64,000 nucleotides of DNA from an uncultured Alphaproteobacteria bacterium (GCA_963698995.1 CAVOTD010000081.1:18583-82582), one strand, 5' to 3'. Shown: positions 52,572 to 61,380, counted from the first letter of the stretch. Numbers and translations: made by a program. The notes: generated by a model from the letters alone, not told the origin.

Positions 52572-53318
52572 ATGAAGACGGTTTTCATCAGTTACCGAAG
52601 GGAGGACGTTGCTGGCGAGGCTAGAGCCTTGTTCAACGATCTTGTAACGCGACTGGGTAAAGACTGCGTATTCATGGATGTGGATAGCATCTCTCTAGGC
52701 CGCGACTTTCGCGGCGTGCTGCAGGAAATGCTGATTTCCTGTGATCTCATGCTGGTGCTAATCGGCAAAGACTGGGCTGATATTAAGGACGAAAGGGGAC
52801 GAGCCCGCCTAGAAGATCCCCATGATTTCGTCCGTTTAGAGATCGAAGCGGCACTCAAGCGAGACATAGTTGTCACGCCCGTCCTGGTGCAAGGGGCGCA
52901 TATGCCCACCCCGGAGCAGTTACCGTCAGAAATCAGCGACCTAGTTTATCGCAATGGGTTTGAGCTCAGTCATAATCGCTGGGAGTCGGACATCCGAGAA
53001 ATGGTTCGACGGCTAGCTATTGATGGTCCGGATAGAAGTGTAAATAGCTGGAACGCGCGCATGAGCTCCATCTGGACTTTTGTTCAAAAACCCAGCAACC
53101 GACGACTGTTGCCCTGGCTAGGTGGAGGCGGAGCGGTTGCCGCTGCCGGTATTTGGGCAGTAATAACCTATGTTTGGCCGGCGCATGAAACTCCCACGAC
53201 CGAATGTATTCAACAAGGTGTGAAGATCGGCGGTGGGGTCTCCGGCTCGACGATCAGTAACTCGGTCTCTGGCGGCACGGTGACCGCAGGGCCATGCGTA
53301 GACACCAGCAAGAAGTAG
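52572..53318 (+). CDS. TIR-domain protein with one C-terminal transmembrane helix and a Gly/Ser-rich tail
   Basis: Start MKTVFISYRREDVAGEARALFNDL (ATG 52572). LMLVLIGKDWADI..DPHDFVRLEIEAALKRDIVVTPVLV is a TIR_2-type pattern with a candidate catalytic Glu. TM helix LLPWLGGGGAVAAAGIWAVITYVW. About 53-55% GC. Confidence 0.85.
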   Translation: MKTVFISYRREDVAGEARALFNDLVTRLGKDCVFMDVDSISLGRDFRGVLQEMLISCDLMLVLIGKDWADIKDERGRARLEDPHDFVRLEIEAALKRDIVVTPVLVQGAHMPTPEQLPSEISDLVYRNGFELSHNRWESDIREMVRRLAIDGPDRSVNSWNARMSSIWTFVQKPSNRRLLPWLGGGGAVAAAGIWAVITYVWPAHETPTTECIQQGVKIGGGVSGSTISNSVSGGTVTAGPCVDTSKK

Positions 53319-55078
53319 GCGCTGCATTTCCGGCGCTCGCCTTTTGGGCGATCGCGGCAGCGGCTGGACTGCCGCTGGCGTCTGTCAAAGCCGAGAGCAC
53401 CAGCGGTACTGCAATCGAAAGCATCGTCATCGAGGGGTCAGTCAGCGGCGGCAGCACCATAAACAATACGATCAATAAGCAAGACCCGGCGGTGTTGGCG
53501 GCGATGACTAAGACATTCGCCGATCAAATGGCTGCTACCATCGAGGCTAAAGCGCAAGCGGAGGGGAAAGCCGCGGAGTTGGCGACGAAATTAGGGTTCA
53601 CCTCGGCCGCCGTAGTCGAATTTTTTAAAATTCTTGGCGAGCGGGATGTGCCGGAGGAGAAAGTTCCGGCACGGCTCATCGAGGTTGCGATTCATTTCGC
53701 CCAGACGCGAGACGCGCTCGTTACGCTCGCACCCGATGATCCGCATACAGCCGAGCTGGCCCGCTCGGCGGAAGAGGCTCTCAACAGCGGACGGCTGACC
53801 GAGGCGGATATTTTCCTCGACCAAGCAAGGGAGGGCGAGTTCGCCGCCCTTCGGCAGGCGCGCGAGCTCAAGCAGAAGGCTCAGGAAGCCGAGGATCGCC
53901 ATGCTCTTAATGCGGCGAAACTCCTCGTCGGTCGAGGCAACATTAAACTGACACAATTGCGTTATGTGGAGGCCGCAGAGCACTTCAAGCAAGCTACGGT
54001 GCTGGTGCCGTCGGGGCACCCAGATGAGTTGGCGGATTACCTTCACCGTCAAGCGGATGCGCTCTATCGTCAGGGTGACGAGCAGGGCGATAACGCTGCC
54101 TTGAGGCAGTCAATCGAAACCTGGCATCTGGTCTTGGAGCAACGCACGCGCGAGCGGGTGCCGCTCGAATGGGCGATGACGCAGAACAACCTCGGCAACG
54201 CGCTCGAGGCCCTGGGCGAGCGGGAGAGCGGGACGGCGCGTCTGGAGGAGGCGGTTGCGGCATATCGTGCAGCGCTGGGGGAACACTCGCGCGAGCGGGT
54301 GCGGCTCGAGTGGGCGATGACGCAGAACAACCTCGGCAACGCGCTCGAGGCCCTGGGCGAGCGGGAGAGCAGGACGGCGCGTCTGGAGGAGGCGGTTGCG
54401 GCATATCGTGCAGCGCTGGAGGAGAGGACGCGTGAGCAGGTGCCGCTCGAGTGGGCGATGACGCAGAACAACCTCGGCAACGCGCTCCGGGCCCTGGGCG
54501 AGCGGGAGAGCGGGACCGCGCGTCTGGAGGAGGCGGTTGCGGCATATCGTGCAGCGCTGGAGGAATACCCGCGTGAGCGGGTGCCGCTCAAATGGGCCAA
54601 GGCGCAAATGAACCTTGGCGCTGCGCTTGAGACGCTGGGTGAGCACGAGAACGGAACGACGCATCTGGAGGAGGCGGTTGCGGCGTATCGTGCAGCGCTG
54701 GAGGAATACCCGCGCGAGCGGGTGCCGCTCAAGTGGGCCATGACCCAGCACAACCTCGGCAACGCGCTCGAGGCGCTGGGCGAGCGGGAGAGCGGGACCG
54801 CGCGTCTGGGGGAGGCGGTTGCGGCCTACCACTTGTCGCTCGAAGAGAGGACGCGCGAGCGGGTGCCAATCGACTGGGCAGTGACACAATACGCCCTCGG
54901 CATCGCCCTCCAGGCGCTTGGCGACCGAGAGAGCGGGATGGCGGGGCTGGAGGCGCTAAAGGCGGCGGCGGCGGCCTGGGAAGCGTGTCTTACAATCGCC
55001 CCGCCCGAGTGGGTGCAATCTGTCAAAACCCGCCGCGACGAGACGCAGGCCGAGATTGGACGGCGGTCAGCGAAATAG
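53294..55078 (+). CDS. Tetratricopeptide-repeat protein with N-terminal signal-peptide/TM-like segment and helical linker
   Basis: 594 aa. N-terminus AAFPALAFWAIAAAAGLPLASVKA. Six 47-aa units of type RERVPLEWAMTQNNLGNALEALGERESGTARLEEAVAAYRAAL. Overlaps the TIR ORF by 25 nt in another frame. Confidence 0.85.
   Translation: MRRHQQEVGAAFPALAFWAIAAAAGLPLASVKAESTSGTAIESIVIEGSVSGGSTINNTINKQDPAVLAAMTKTFADQMAATIEAKAQAEGKAAELATKLGFTSAAVVEFFKILGERDVPEEKVPARLIEVAIHFAQTRDALVTLAPDDPHTAELARSAEEALNSGRLTEADIFLDQAREGEFAALRQARELKQKAQEAEDRHALNAAKLLVGRGNIKLTQLRYVEAAEHFKQATVLVPSGHPDELADYLHRQADALYRQGDEQGDNAALRQSIETWHLVLEQRTRERVPLEWAMTQNNLGNALEALGERESGTARLEEAVAAYRAALGEHSRERVRLEWAMTQNNLGNALEALGERESRTARLEEAVAAYRAALEERTREQVPLEWAMTQNNLGNALRALGERESGTARLEEAVAAYRAALEEYPRERVPLKWAKAQMNLGAALETLGEHENGTTHLEEAVAAYRAALEEYPRERVPLKWAMTQHNLGNALEALGERESGTARLGEAVAAYHLSLEERTRERVPIDWAVTQYALGIALQALGDRESGMAGLEALKAAAAAWEACLTIAPPEWVQSVKTRRDETQAEIGRRSAK
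54149..54994 (+). repeat. Six in-frame tandem repeats of 141 bp (47 aa) within the TPR gene
   Basis: Unit starts at 54149, 54290, 54431, 54572, 54713 and 54854. Long identical DNA stretches recur, e.g. gaggaggcggttgcggcatatcgtgcagcgctgg. Confidence 0.9.
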
Positions 55079-55120
55079 TCTCTCGTCAGGCAACTCTCGG
55101 CGGGTCCCGGAGTGAGGATA

Positions 55121-55723
55121 ATGCGGCGCAAGTTGGTCGGCGTGGTGTTCGTCATTCTTGGCCTGATGCTTTGGGCCGGTGGAGGGGTCGCAACACCAGC
55201 GGGCACTGTCGCCGTGGTGAGTGGATCATGTACCGATCACGGTCATGTGCTGAAAGCCGGCGATGCGGTGCAGATCGGTGATACGCTCGAGGTGCCGGTA
55301 GGCAGCCATCTGAAGTTGCAGATGGTCGACGGATCGGTGATTTCGGTTGCTGCGGGCAGCAGCATTACAGTAGAAAAGTATAACATTGCCAGCTCCGGTC
55401 GAGATGTGAAGCTCTCGTTGACGCAAGGGCTGCTGCGAGCACAGGTCAGTTCAGTTACAGGTCCCTCCACCTTCGACGTATCGACCGCGGCCGGCACCGC
55501 GTCCGTAGGCTCGGCTTCTGCCGACTGGTTCATTAGGACGCAAACTGGCTTGGCTCAGGCCGGGGTATTGGCTGGCAAGATCGATTTGACGAGTACTGCG
55601 ACGGGCGAATCAGTTTCGATCCCCGCTCACTGGGGTACGCGCCTCGAGGCGGGGCGTAGCCCCGTGCCGCCTCGGAACTGGACTCAGGCGGAGTTCGAAG
55701 AGGTCACTCATAGCACCCAATGA
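55121..55723 (+). CDS. FecR-domain protein (secreted/periplasmic sensor-like), copy 1
   Basis: MRRKLVGVVFVILGLMLWAGGGVATPAGTV (signal peptide), then GDAVQIGDTLEVPVGSHLKLQMVDGSVISVAAGSSITV, a FecR-type beta-rich pattern. Confidence 0.75.
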   Translation: MRRKLVGVVFVILGLMLWAGGGVATPAGTVAVVSGSCTDHGHVLKAGDAVQIGDTLEVPVGSHLKLQMVDGSVISVAAGSSITVEKYNIASSGRDVKLSLTQGLLRAQVSSVTGPSTFDVSTAAGTASVGSASADWFIRTQTGLAQAGVLAGKIDLTSTATGESVSIPAHWGTRLEAGRSPVPPRNWTQAEFEEVTHSTQ

Positions 55724-55878
55724 TGTGACAATCTGCCAGTGAAAAAGCATTCGCCGACCGGCAAGCAGACCTTTATTATTTCAGTCCGCATTCCCCGGAT
55801 TAAGCTGCGATTTTGAGCGAACCGGCGACGATTTAGGGTTAGAATTCATTATGTTGTGGGGGGACAACTGGGGCGGCG

Positions 55879-56868
55879 ATGGCGGACCCGACGGGTGAAG
55901 CAGATAAGCGCGCTCTGAGGCTCGATTTCGACCGTCGTCTGCTGCTGCAGTTCCGCGGCTCCACGATCACCTCCGATGCCGTGCTGCTGGCCTACCGCGA
56001 GCTGGATGATGCGCTGAGCCTGACCGGGTTCCGATATGCTGGCTGACGCGCGCACCGGCAAGAATGGTCGCCATCGGTTGGCCGGCTTGCTGCCTCAATC
56101 GGTGTTCGGGCGGCTGCCCGGCTACGAGACGTGAACGACGCCGACTGGCTGTGTCGCGATCCGGCGATGCGCTGGATGGTCGGCGACCGGGCGATCACCG
56201 GATCTGCCGCTTCGGCCAGCCAGATGGGCCGGTTCGAGACGAAGTGGCTGAGCCGCCCCGAGAACCTTGCCGCCCTCGCCGATCTGCCCGGCCAGTGGAT
56301 CGATAAGGTGGACCGGCGGCGACCGCCGAGGACCATTGTGCTCGACATGGATTCGAGCGAGAGCCCGACCTATGGCGAGCAGGAGGGCAGTGCCTACAAC
56401 GGGCATTTCGGTTGCACCTGCTATCACCCACTGTTCGTGTTCAACCAGCTCGGTGATGTCGAGCGGTGTGCGCTAAGGCCGGGCAATGTGCACAGCGCCG
56501 ATGGTTGGCGCGCGGTGCTAGAGCCAGTGGTCGCCCGCTACCGGAACACGGTGAAGCGTCTCTATTTTCGAGGCGACGCGGCCTTCGCCAACCCCGAGAT
56601 CTACGAGTTCCTCGAAGCCGAGGGAATGGGTTATGCGATCCGGCTGCCGGCCAACAGCATCCTGCAGAGCAAGATCGGACACCTGCTCAAGCGCCCGGTT
56701 GGACGACCGCCGCATGAGCTGCGACGGTAACTCGCCAGCTTCAGCTATCAGGCGCAGAGCTGGCGGAAGCCGAGGCGTGTCGTAGCCAAGGTCGAGTGGC
56801 ACCCCAACGAGCTTTATCCGCGCGTCGGGTTCATCGTAACCAATCTGGCGCGGCCGGCCGAAACGTTT
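55879..56868 (+). mobile_element. IS1380-family transposase gene remnant (frameshifted, internal stop, 3' truncated)
   Basis: [46 protein letters not shown].., then in another frame NDADWLCRDPAMRWMVG..DMDSSESPTYGEQEGSAYNGHFGCTCYHPLFVFNQ..VHSADGW... A stop follows at 56728, and the sequence continues ..SFSYQAQSWRKPRRVVAKVEWHPNELYPRVGFIVTNL. It ends at an AT-rich junction at about 56868. Confidence 0.75.
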
Positions 56869-56949
56869 GCAACATTATACATCTCAGCTGGATTATTAAG
56901 TCTAAATCTTTATAAATGCATTTCTAGACCGGTCGCTGGGGAGGATGGC

Positions 56950-57914
56950 ATGAAAAACAAATCAACCCATCACCGAAACTGTTGCAACCATCGGTATCGG
57001 CTTTCGAAAATTAGTAACATTGTCACGCTGGCGATGATCGGTCTGACCCCGACGGCGGTTAACGCCTACACAGCCGCTGGCGATCGCAACTTTCCAGGCC
57101 AGCTCGTTTTGCCGCAGATCGGCCCGACAGACGCTTTATGGGTTCCCATCACGACGCAGCCATTCGAGGCCATGAGATCCGAACGATAAGACCCGCCAAA
57201 CAGATTTTACGCGCGACCTACAGCAAATTGATCACGGAACAGTTTGGGATCCAGCTCGGGGATCGGCTTACCCACCTCGACCGTCTTCACGCCTCATCAA
57301 TTACTGGAGCCCAGAATTTTCACGCGCTGCTGCAATACGAGACTATACTCGACCCATCGCGCGAGTTTCTGCTGTCAGTCCAGGTTGAACACGAGTTTGG
57401 CGGGACCGGAGATCAGGCAGTTGGTGCCAAGAAACACGGCGCGACAACGCCGGGCGTAACCTTCGGCAAAGGATTGGGCGATCTGCCGATCGGCTATTGG
57501 CGCCCACTCGCGATTACCGGCTTTGCCGGATATCAAGCCGCCGAAGGGGCGCGGACTAGCTTTTTCCAGGCTGGCGTCTCGATCCAATATTCGATACCGT
57601 ATCTCATGTCGAAGGTCGCGAACGTCGACATACCCCCATTCGTCCGCGGAATGACCCCTATCACTGAAGTGTTTTTCACCACTCCGGTGAGTCGCATCTC
57701 CGGCCAAGGCACTAATACAACCCTGGTGGTCGCCCCAGGCGTCAGTTACTCCCGGGGCAAGGGATGGGAGTTGGGCATCGAGGCTATGATACCCACTACT
57801 AGGGCTACCGGGCATGGTATCGGTGTCATTGCCCAGCTGTTGATACAGCTTGACTACCTGTTGCCCGAAAGCCTGCTCGGCCGGCCGATATTCGTTCCAA
57901 CCGAGCTTCCCTGA
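56950..57914 (+). pseudogene. Putative outer-membrane beta-barrel protein (MetA-pathway/transporter-like), one frameshift
   Basis: The ORF 56950..57189 carries the leader and AAGDRNFPGQLVLP. It continues in ORF 57138..57914 with alternating beta-strand-like segments and a C-terminal aromatic-rich end. The family call is tentative. Confidence 0.4.
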
Positions 57915-58004
57915 GAAAGCCCAGCATTGCGGCGGCATCGATCGGTTATATATAAGCTGCTCGGCGGGGTGCGAGAGCCGGTCGGCCGCGGGCCTTCGAC
58001 GATA

Positions 58005-58616
58005 ATGGAGCGCAAATTGGTTGGCGTGCTATTCACGATATTTGGTTTGATATTTTGGGCCGGCGCAGCGGCTGCAACGCCAGCAGGCACGGTCGTCGGG
58101 GTGAGCGGATCATGTACCGATCACGGACGTGCGCTGAACCGCGGCGATGTGGTGCAGATCGGCGATACGCTCGATGTGCCGGCAGGTGGCAATCTAAAGC
58201 TGCAGATGGCCGACGGGTCGGTGATTTCGGTTGCGCCGAATAGCAGTATGACCGTCGCCGGCTATAGCATCGATGGCTCCGGTCGCGATGTGCGGCTTTC
58301 GTTGGCGCGGGGCGCGCTGCGAGCACAGGTCACTTCCGTAACAGGTCCCTCGACTTTCGAGGTATCGACCGCGGCCGGCACCGCATCGGTAGGTTCCGCT
58401 TCCGCCGATTGGTTCATCAAGGCGCAGCCTGACGCGGCTCAAGTCGGGGTGCTGGCTGGCACCATCGATTTGACGAGTACTGAGACAGCGCAGTCAGTTT
58501 CGATCCCCGCTCGCTGGGGAACGCACCTCGAAACCGGGCTCGACCCCGTGCTGCCTCGGGTGTGGGCCGAAAGGGAGTTCAATACAGTCATTCGTCTCAC
58601 TGGAGCTTACCCGTAG
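58005..58616 (+). CDS. FecR-domain protein, copy 2 (paralogue of 55121..55723)
   Basis: MERKLVGVLFTIFGLIFWAGAAAATPAGTVVGVSGSCTDHGRAL... Colinear with copy 1 over the whole length, roughly 80% DNA identity by eye. Confidence 0.75.
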   Translation: MERKLVGVLFTIFGLIFWAGAAAATPAGTVVGVSGSCTDHGRALNRGDVVQIGDTLDVPAGGNLKLQMADGSVISVAPNSSMTVAGYSIDGSGRDVRLSLARGALRAQVTSVTGPSTFEVSTAAGTASVGSASADWFIKAQPDAAQVGVLAGTIDLTSTETAQSVSIPARWGTHLETGLDPVLPRVWAEREFNTVIRLTGAYP

Positions 58617-59010
58617 TCTGGGGGGCGTATTTGGCGGGCACCAGCCGCGCCCGAAGCTCACCGCGGCAGTGCAGTAATGTATCGATTGGTGGCGCTGCCA
58701 GCTCAATTCCCAAAATTGGGACGAGCCTCAGTCAGCTTACCGTGCGCACGTTTCCGGGGGCTTAGAGTCCAACGAGATTTCGCCGCGGAGCAACATTGCC
58801 GTGAAGCTCATAACATCCCCCTTTTTGTAGCTCGGCGAACCCACTGATTGGGGCGGACTGCGCATGGGCCAATTGGCATCTGCTGCGGGGTGCGCACCTC
58901 ATCGCGCATGAGGAAAAGTCCGATAAGGCCGCGACAGCGAGCGACCGCTTTGGGTCGACAGCGGCTATGGGCCACGGGCACTAAGCGTTAGATTTCGACC
59001 ACTAGGTAGT

Positions 59011-60926
59011 GTCAGACCCGACTTGAACAGTTGGTGAGGGGGCGGATTTAGTAACTGATTGATTTGTTTCGGATGGGTAGGCGAATTTCTAGAGTACGTC
59101 CAATAGCGTAGTGGAACATTTTCAGTAAAACTCGCGTTTTTACTTGATGTTGAGGGCGATTTAGCGGACAACGATTCGATGTTTCTCCGCGAGAAGTCGG
59201 CGCGAGGCCATACCTACCTCTACCTCGTCGAGAACGAGCGCGAGGGCGGCCGCATCCGCCAGCGGATTATCCGCGCGCTCGGCCGCAAGGACGTGCTGCT
59301 GGCGAACGGCGAACTGGATCGTCTGGCCGCCTCGCTGGTGCGGCATTGCGATCGCGCGGTCATCCTGTCCAACATGGAGGCGGGTCGCATCGCCTGCACG
59401 CGCATTGGTGGGCCGCTCTTGTTCGGGCGGCTCTGGGAGCGCCTCGGCATTGCCGAGGTGCTGGGCGAGCTGCTCGCGAGCCGCGGTTTTGAGTTTGCCG
59501 TCGAGCGCGCCGTCTTCGCCAGCGTCCTGCATCGGCTGTTCGTGTCGGGCTCTGATCGCAGCTGCGAGAAATGGATGACCGATTACCGGATCGAGGGGAT
59601 CGACGGGCTGCAGCTGCACCACCTCTACCGGGCAATGGCGTGGCTCGGCGAGGAGATCGCCCCCGCCGGCGCGCTGGCGCCGCGCTGCGTCAAGGACCTG
59701 ATCGAGGAGCGTCTGTTCGAGCGCCGCCGCGATCTGTTTAGCGATCTGTCGCTGGTCTTCATGGACACGACCAGTTTGTCGTTTTACGGCGCCGGCGGCG
59801 ACAGCCTGGGGGCTTATGGCCACTCCAAGGACCATCGCGCCGACCTGAAGCAGATGATCCTGGCCGTCGTCATCGACGGCGACGGCCGGCCGATCTGCAC
59901 CGAGATGCTGCCGGGCAACACCGCCGATGCCACCGTGCTGTTGCCGGTCGTCGACCGTCTGCGCGAGCGCTTTCATATCGGCCGGGTCTGCGTCGTCGCC
60001 GACCGCGGCATGATCTCGGTGGCCACAATTGCAGCGCTGGAGGAGCGCAAGCTGGAATACATTCTCGGCGCTCGCGAGCGCAGCAGCGCCGTCGTCCGCC
60101 GGCTTGTGCTCGAGGACGAAGCGCCGCTGACGCCACTGCTCGTCGAGCGGGTGCGAGGCGAGACCCAGCTCTTCGTCAAAGAGGTCAAGGTCGGCGCGGC
60201 GCGCTACGTCCTCTGCCGCAACGAGGCCGAAGCGGAACGGGAGCGCAATCAGCGGCAGGCGATCATCGCGGGGCTCGCCAAGCAGCTCGCGCGCGGGGAC
60301 AAGGCGCTGATTGGCAATTCCGCCTACCGGCGTTATCTGCGCCGGACGCCGAGCGCGAGCGGCAAGCCCGGCCCCGCCTTCGAGATCGATCCCGGCAAGC
60401 TGGCCGAGGAGGCGCGCTACGACGGCCTCTTCGCATTGCGCACGAACGCCCGGATCACGCCATTGCAAGCCGTGTTGCGCTACCGCGATCTGCTGCAAGT
60501 CGAAGACCTATTCCGTCGCGCCAAGGCGATCCTCAGGACCCGCCCGATCTATCATTCCTCAGATGCCGCCATCCGCGGCCATGTGTTTTGCTCGTTCCTT
60601 GCCCTAATGCTGCAAAAGGAACTGACTGACCTGTGCCAGCGCCACGGCCTCGTCATTGAATGGGCCGACCTGCTGCGCGAACTCGACCGCCTCCAGGAAG
60701 CCACGATTGAGAAGGACGGCAAGCGCATTACCACCCGCACCGCCGTCGCCGGCCAGGTCGGCAGCGTCTTCCAGGCCGCTGGCATCGCACTGCCGCCTAA
60801 TCTGCACGAACGCGCCGCCTGACCACCCCGTCGGCACCCGGCTGTAGTGCTAACACCGAAAATCGCTGTCGTAATCTATTGAGATAAGGGCCCTTTTTCT
60901 AACGTACTGTTGAAGTTAGGTCAGAC
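59011..60926 (+). mobile_element. IS1634-family (IS4-related) insertion sequence, apparently intact, about 1.9 kb
   Basis: Imperfect terminal inverted repeats: 59011-59039 gtcagacccgacttgaacagttggtgagg versus the reverse complement of 60898-60926 (21/29 matches). Encloses a single 547-aa transposase ORF. No target duplication recognised. Confidence 0.7.
59179..60822 (+). CDS. IS1634-family DDE transposase
   Basis: MFLREKSARGHTYLYLVENEREGGRIRQRIIRALG..FMDTTSLSFYG..VVADRGMIS..YRDLLQVEDLFRRAKAILRTRPIYH. Family assignment is by pattern memory. Confidence 0.8.
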   Translation: MFLREKSARGHTYLYLVENEREGGRIRQRIIRALGRKDVLLANGELDRLAASLVRHCDRAVILSNMEAGRIACTRIGGPLLFGRLWERLGIAEVLGELLASRGFEFAVERAVFASVLHRLFVSGSDRSCEKWMTDYRIEGIDGLQLHHLYRAMAWLGEEIAPAGALAPRCVKDLIEERLFERRRDLFSDLSLVFMDTTSLSFYGAGGDSLGAYGHSKDHRADLKQMILAVVIDGDGRPICTEMLPGNTADATVLLPVVDRLRERFHIGRVCVVADRGMISVATIAALEERKLEYILGARERSSAVVRRLVLEDEAPLTPLLVERVRGETQLFVKEVKVGAARYVLCRNEAEAERERNQRQAIIAGLAKQLARGDKALIGNSAYRRYLRRTPSASGKPGPAFEIDPGKLAEEARYDGLFALRTNARITPLQAVLRYRDLLQVEDLFRRAKAILRTRPIYHSSDAAIRGHVFCSFLALMLQKELTDLCQRHGLVIEWADLLRELDRLQEATIEKDGKRITTRTAVAGQVGSVFQAAGIALPPNLHERAA

Positions 60927-61380
60927 GGCATCGCTCGCCTTTAACCGGCGCGGGTCTTGCAAAAATTGTAATGGGTCACCCCCTTTTCAGGCGTGACTGG
61001 ACACCCCAGCTTTACCGGGTCCAATCTAGCCGAAATCGCATTAATTGTCAATATGCAAATCATCGATGCAGCAATCACGTCAAATTCCCGGTTCGGCCGA
61101 TTTTTTCCGCGGTTTCGGCGGGAAATTCCCCGGTTTGCGGCGCTACGGGAATTGCAGCGCAAGCGCTTGATTCCATGGGCGGATTTTCGGACCGACCGGT
61201 CGTCGAAAGCGGGGAAATGATGATTTTCCCGGTTATTTTCCCGTGGAACCGGGAATTGGGCCGGCGGAAGCTTGTCTGAACCTCGGTCTTGGCACCGATG
61301 CTCTGCAACCCTTGCGCGGGAGCGCGACCGATCAAGTCGATCTACTCTCCTTTGTAATTGGCATATGGGGAGGAATGTGA

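Noticed and set aside
52572-53318. Calling the TIR gene a Thoeris ThsB
   Set aside because: No ThsA-type (SIR2 or TM plus SLOG/Macro) gene is adjacent. The neighbours are TPR and FecR proteins, so the canonical Thoeris assignment is unsupported.
54149-54994. Regular 141-bp repeats that could be mistaken for a CRISPR array or satellite
   Set aside because: The repeats are contiguous with no unique spacers. They are in frame and translate into TPR-type helices inside a long ORF. No cas genes are present.
59161-60498. 445-aa minus-strand ORF inside the IS1634 element
   Set aside because: It is antisense to the transposase ORF, which has clear DDE-transposase character. It has no independent support.
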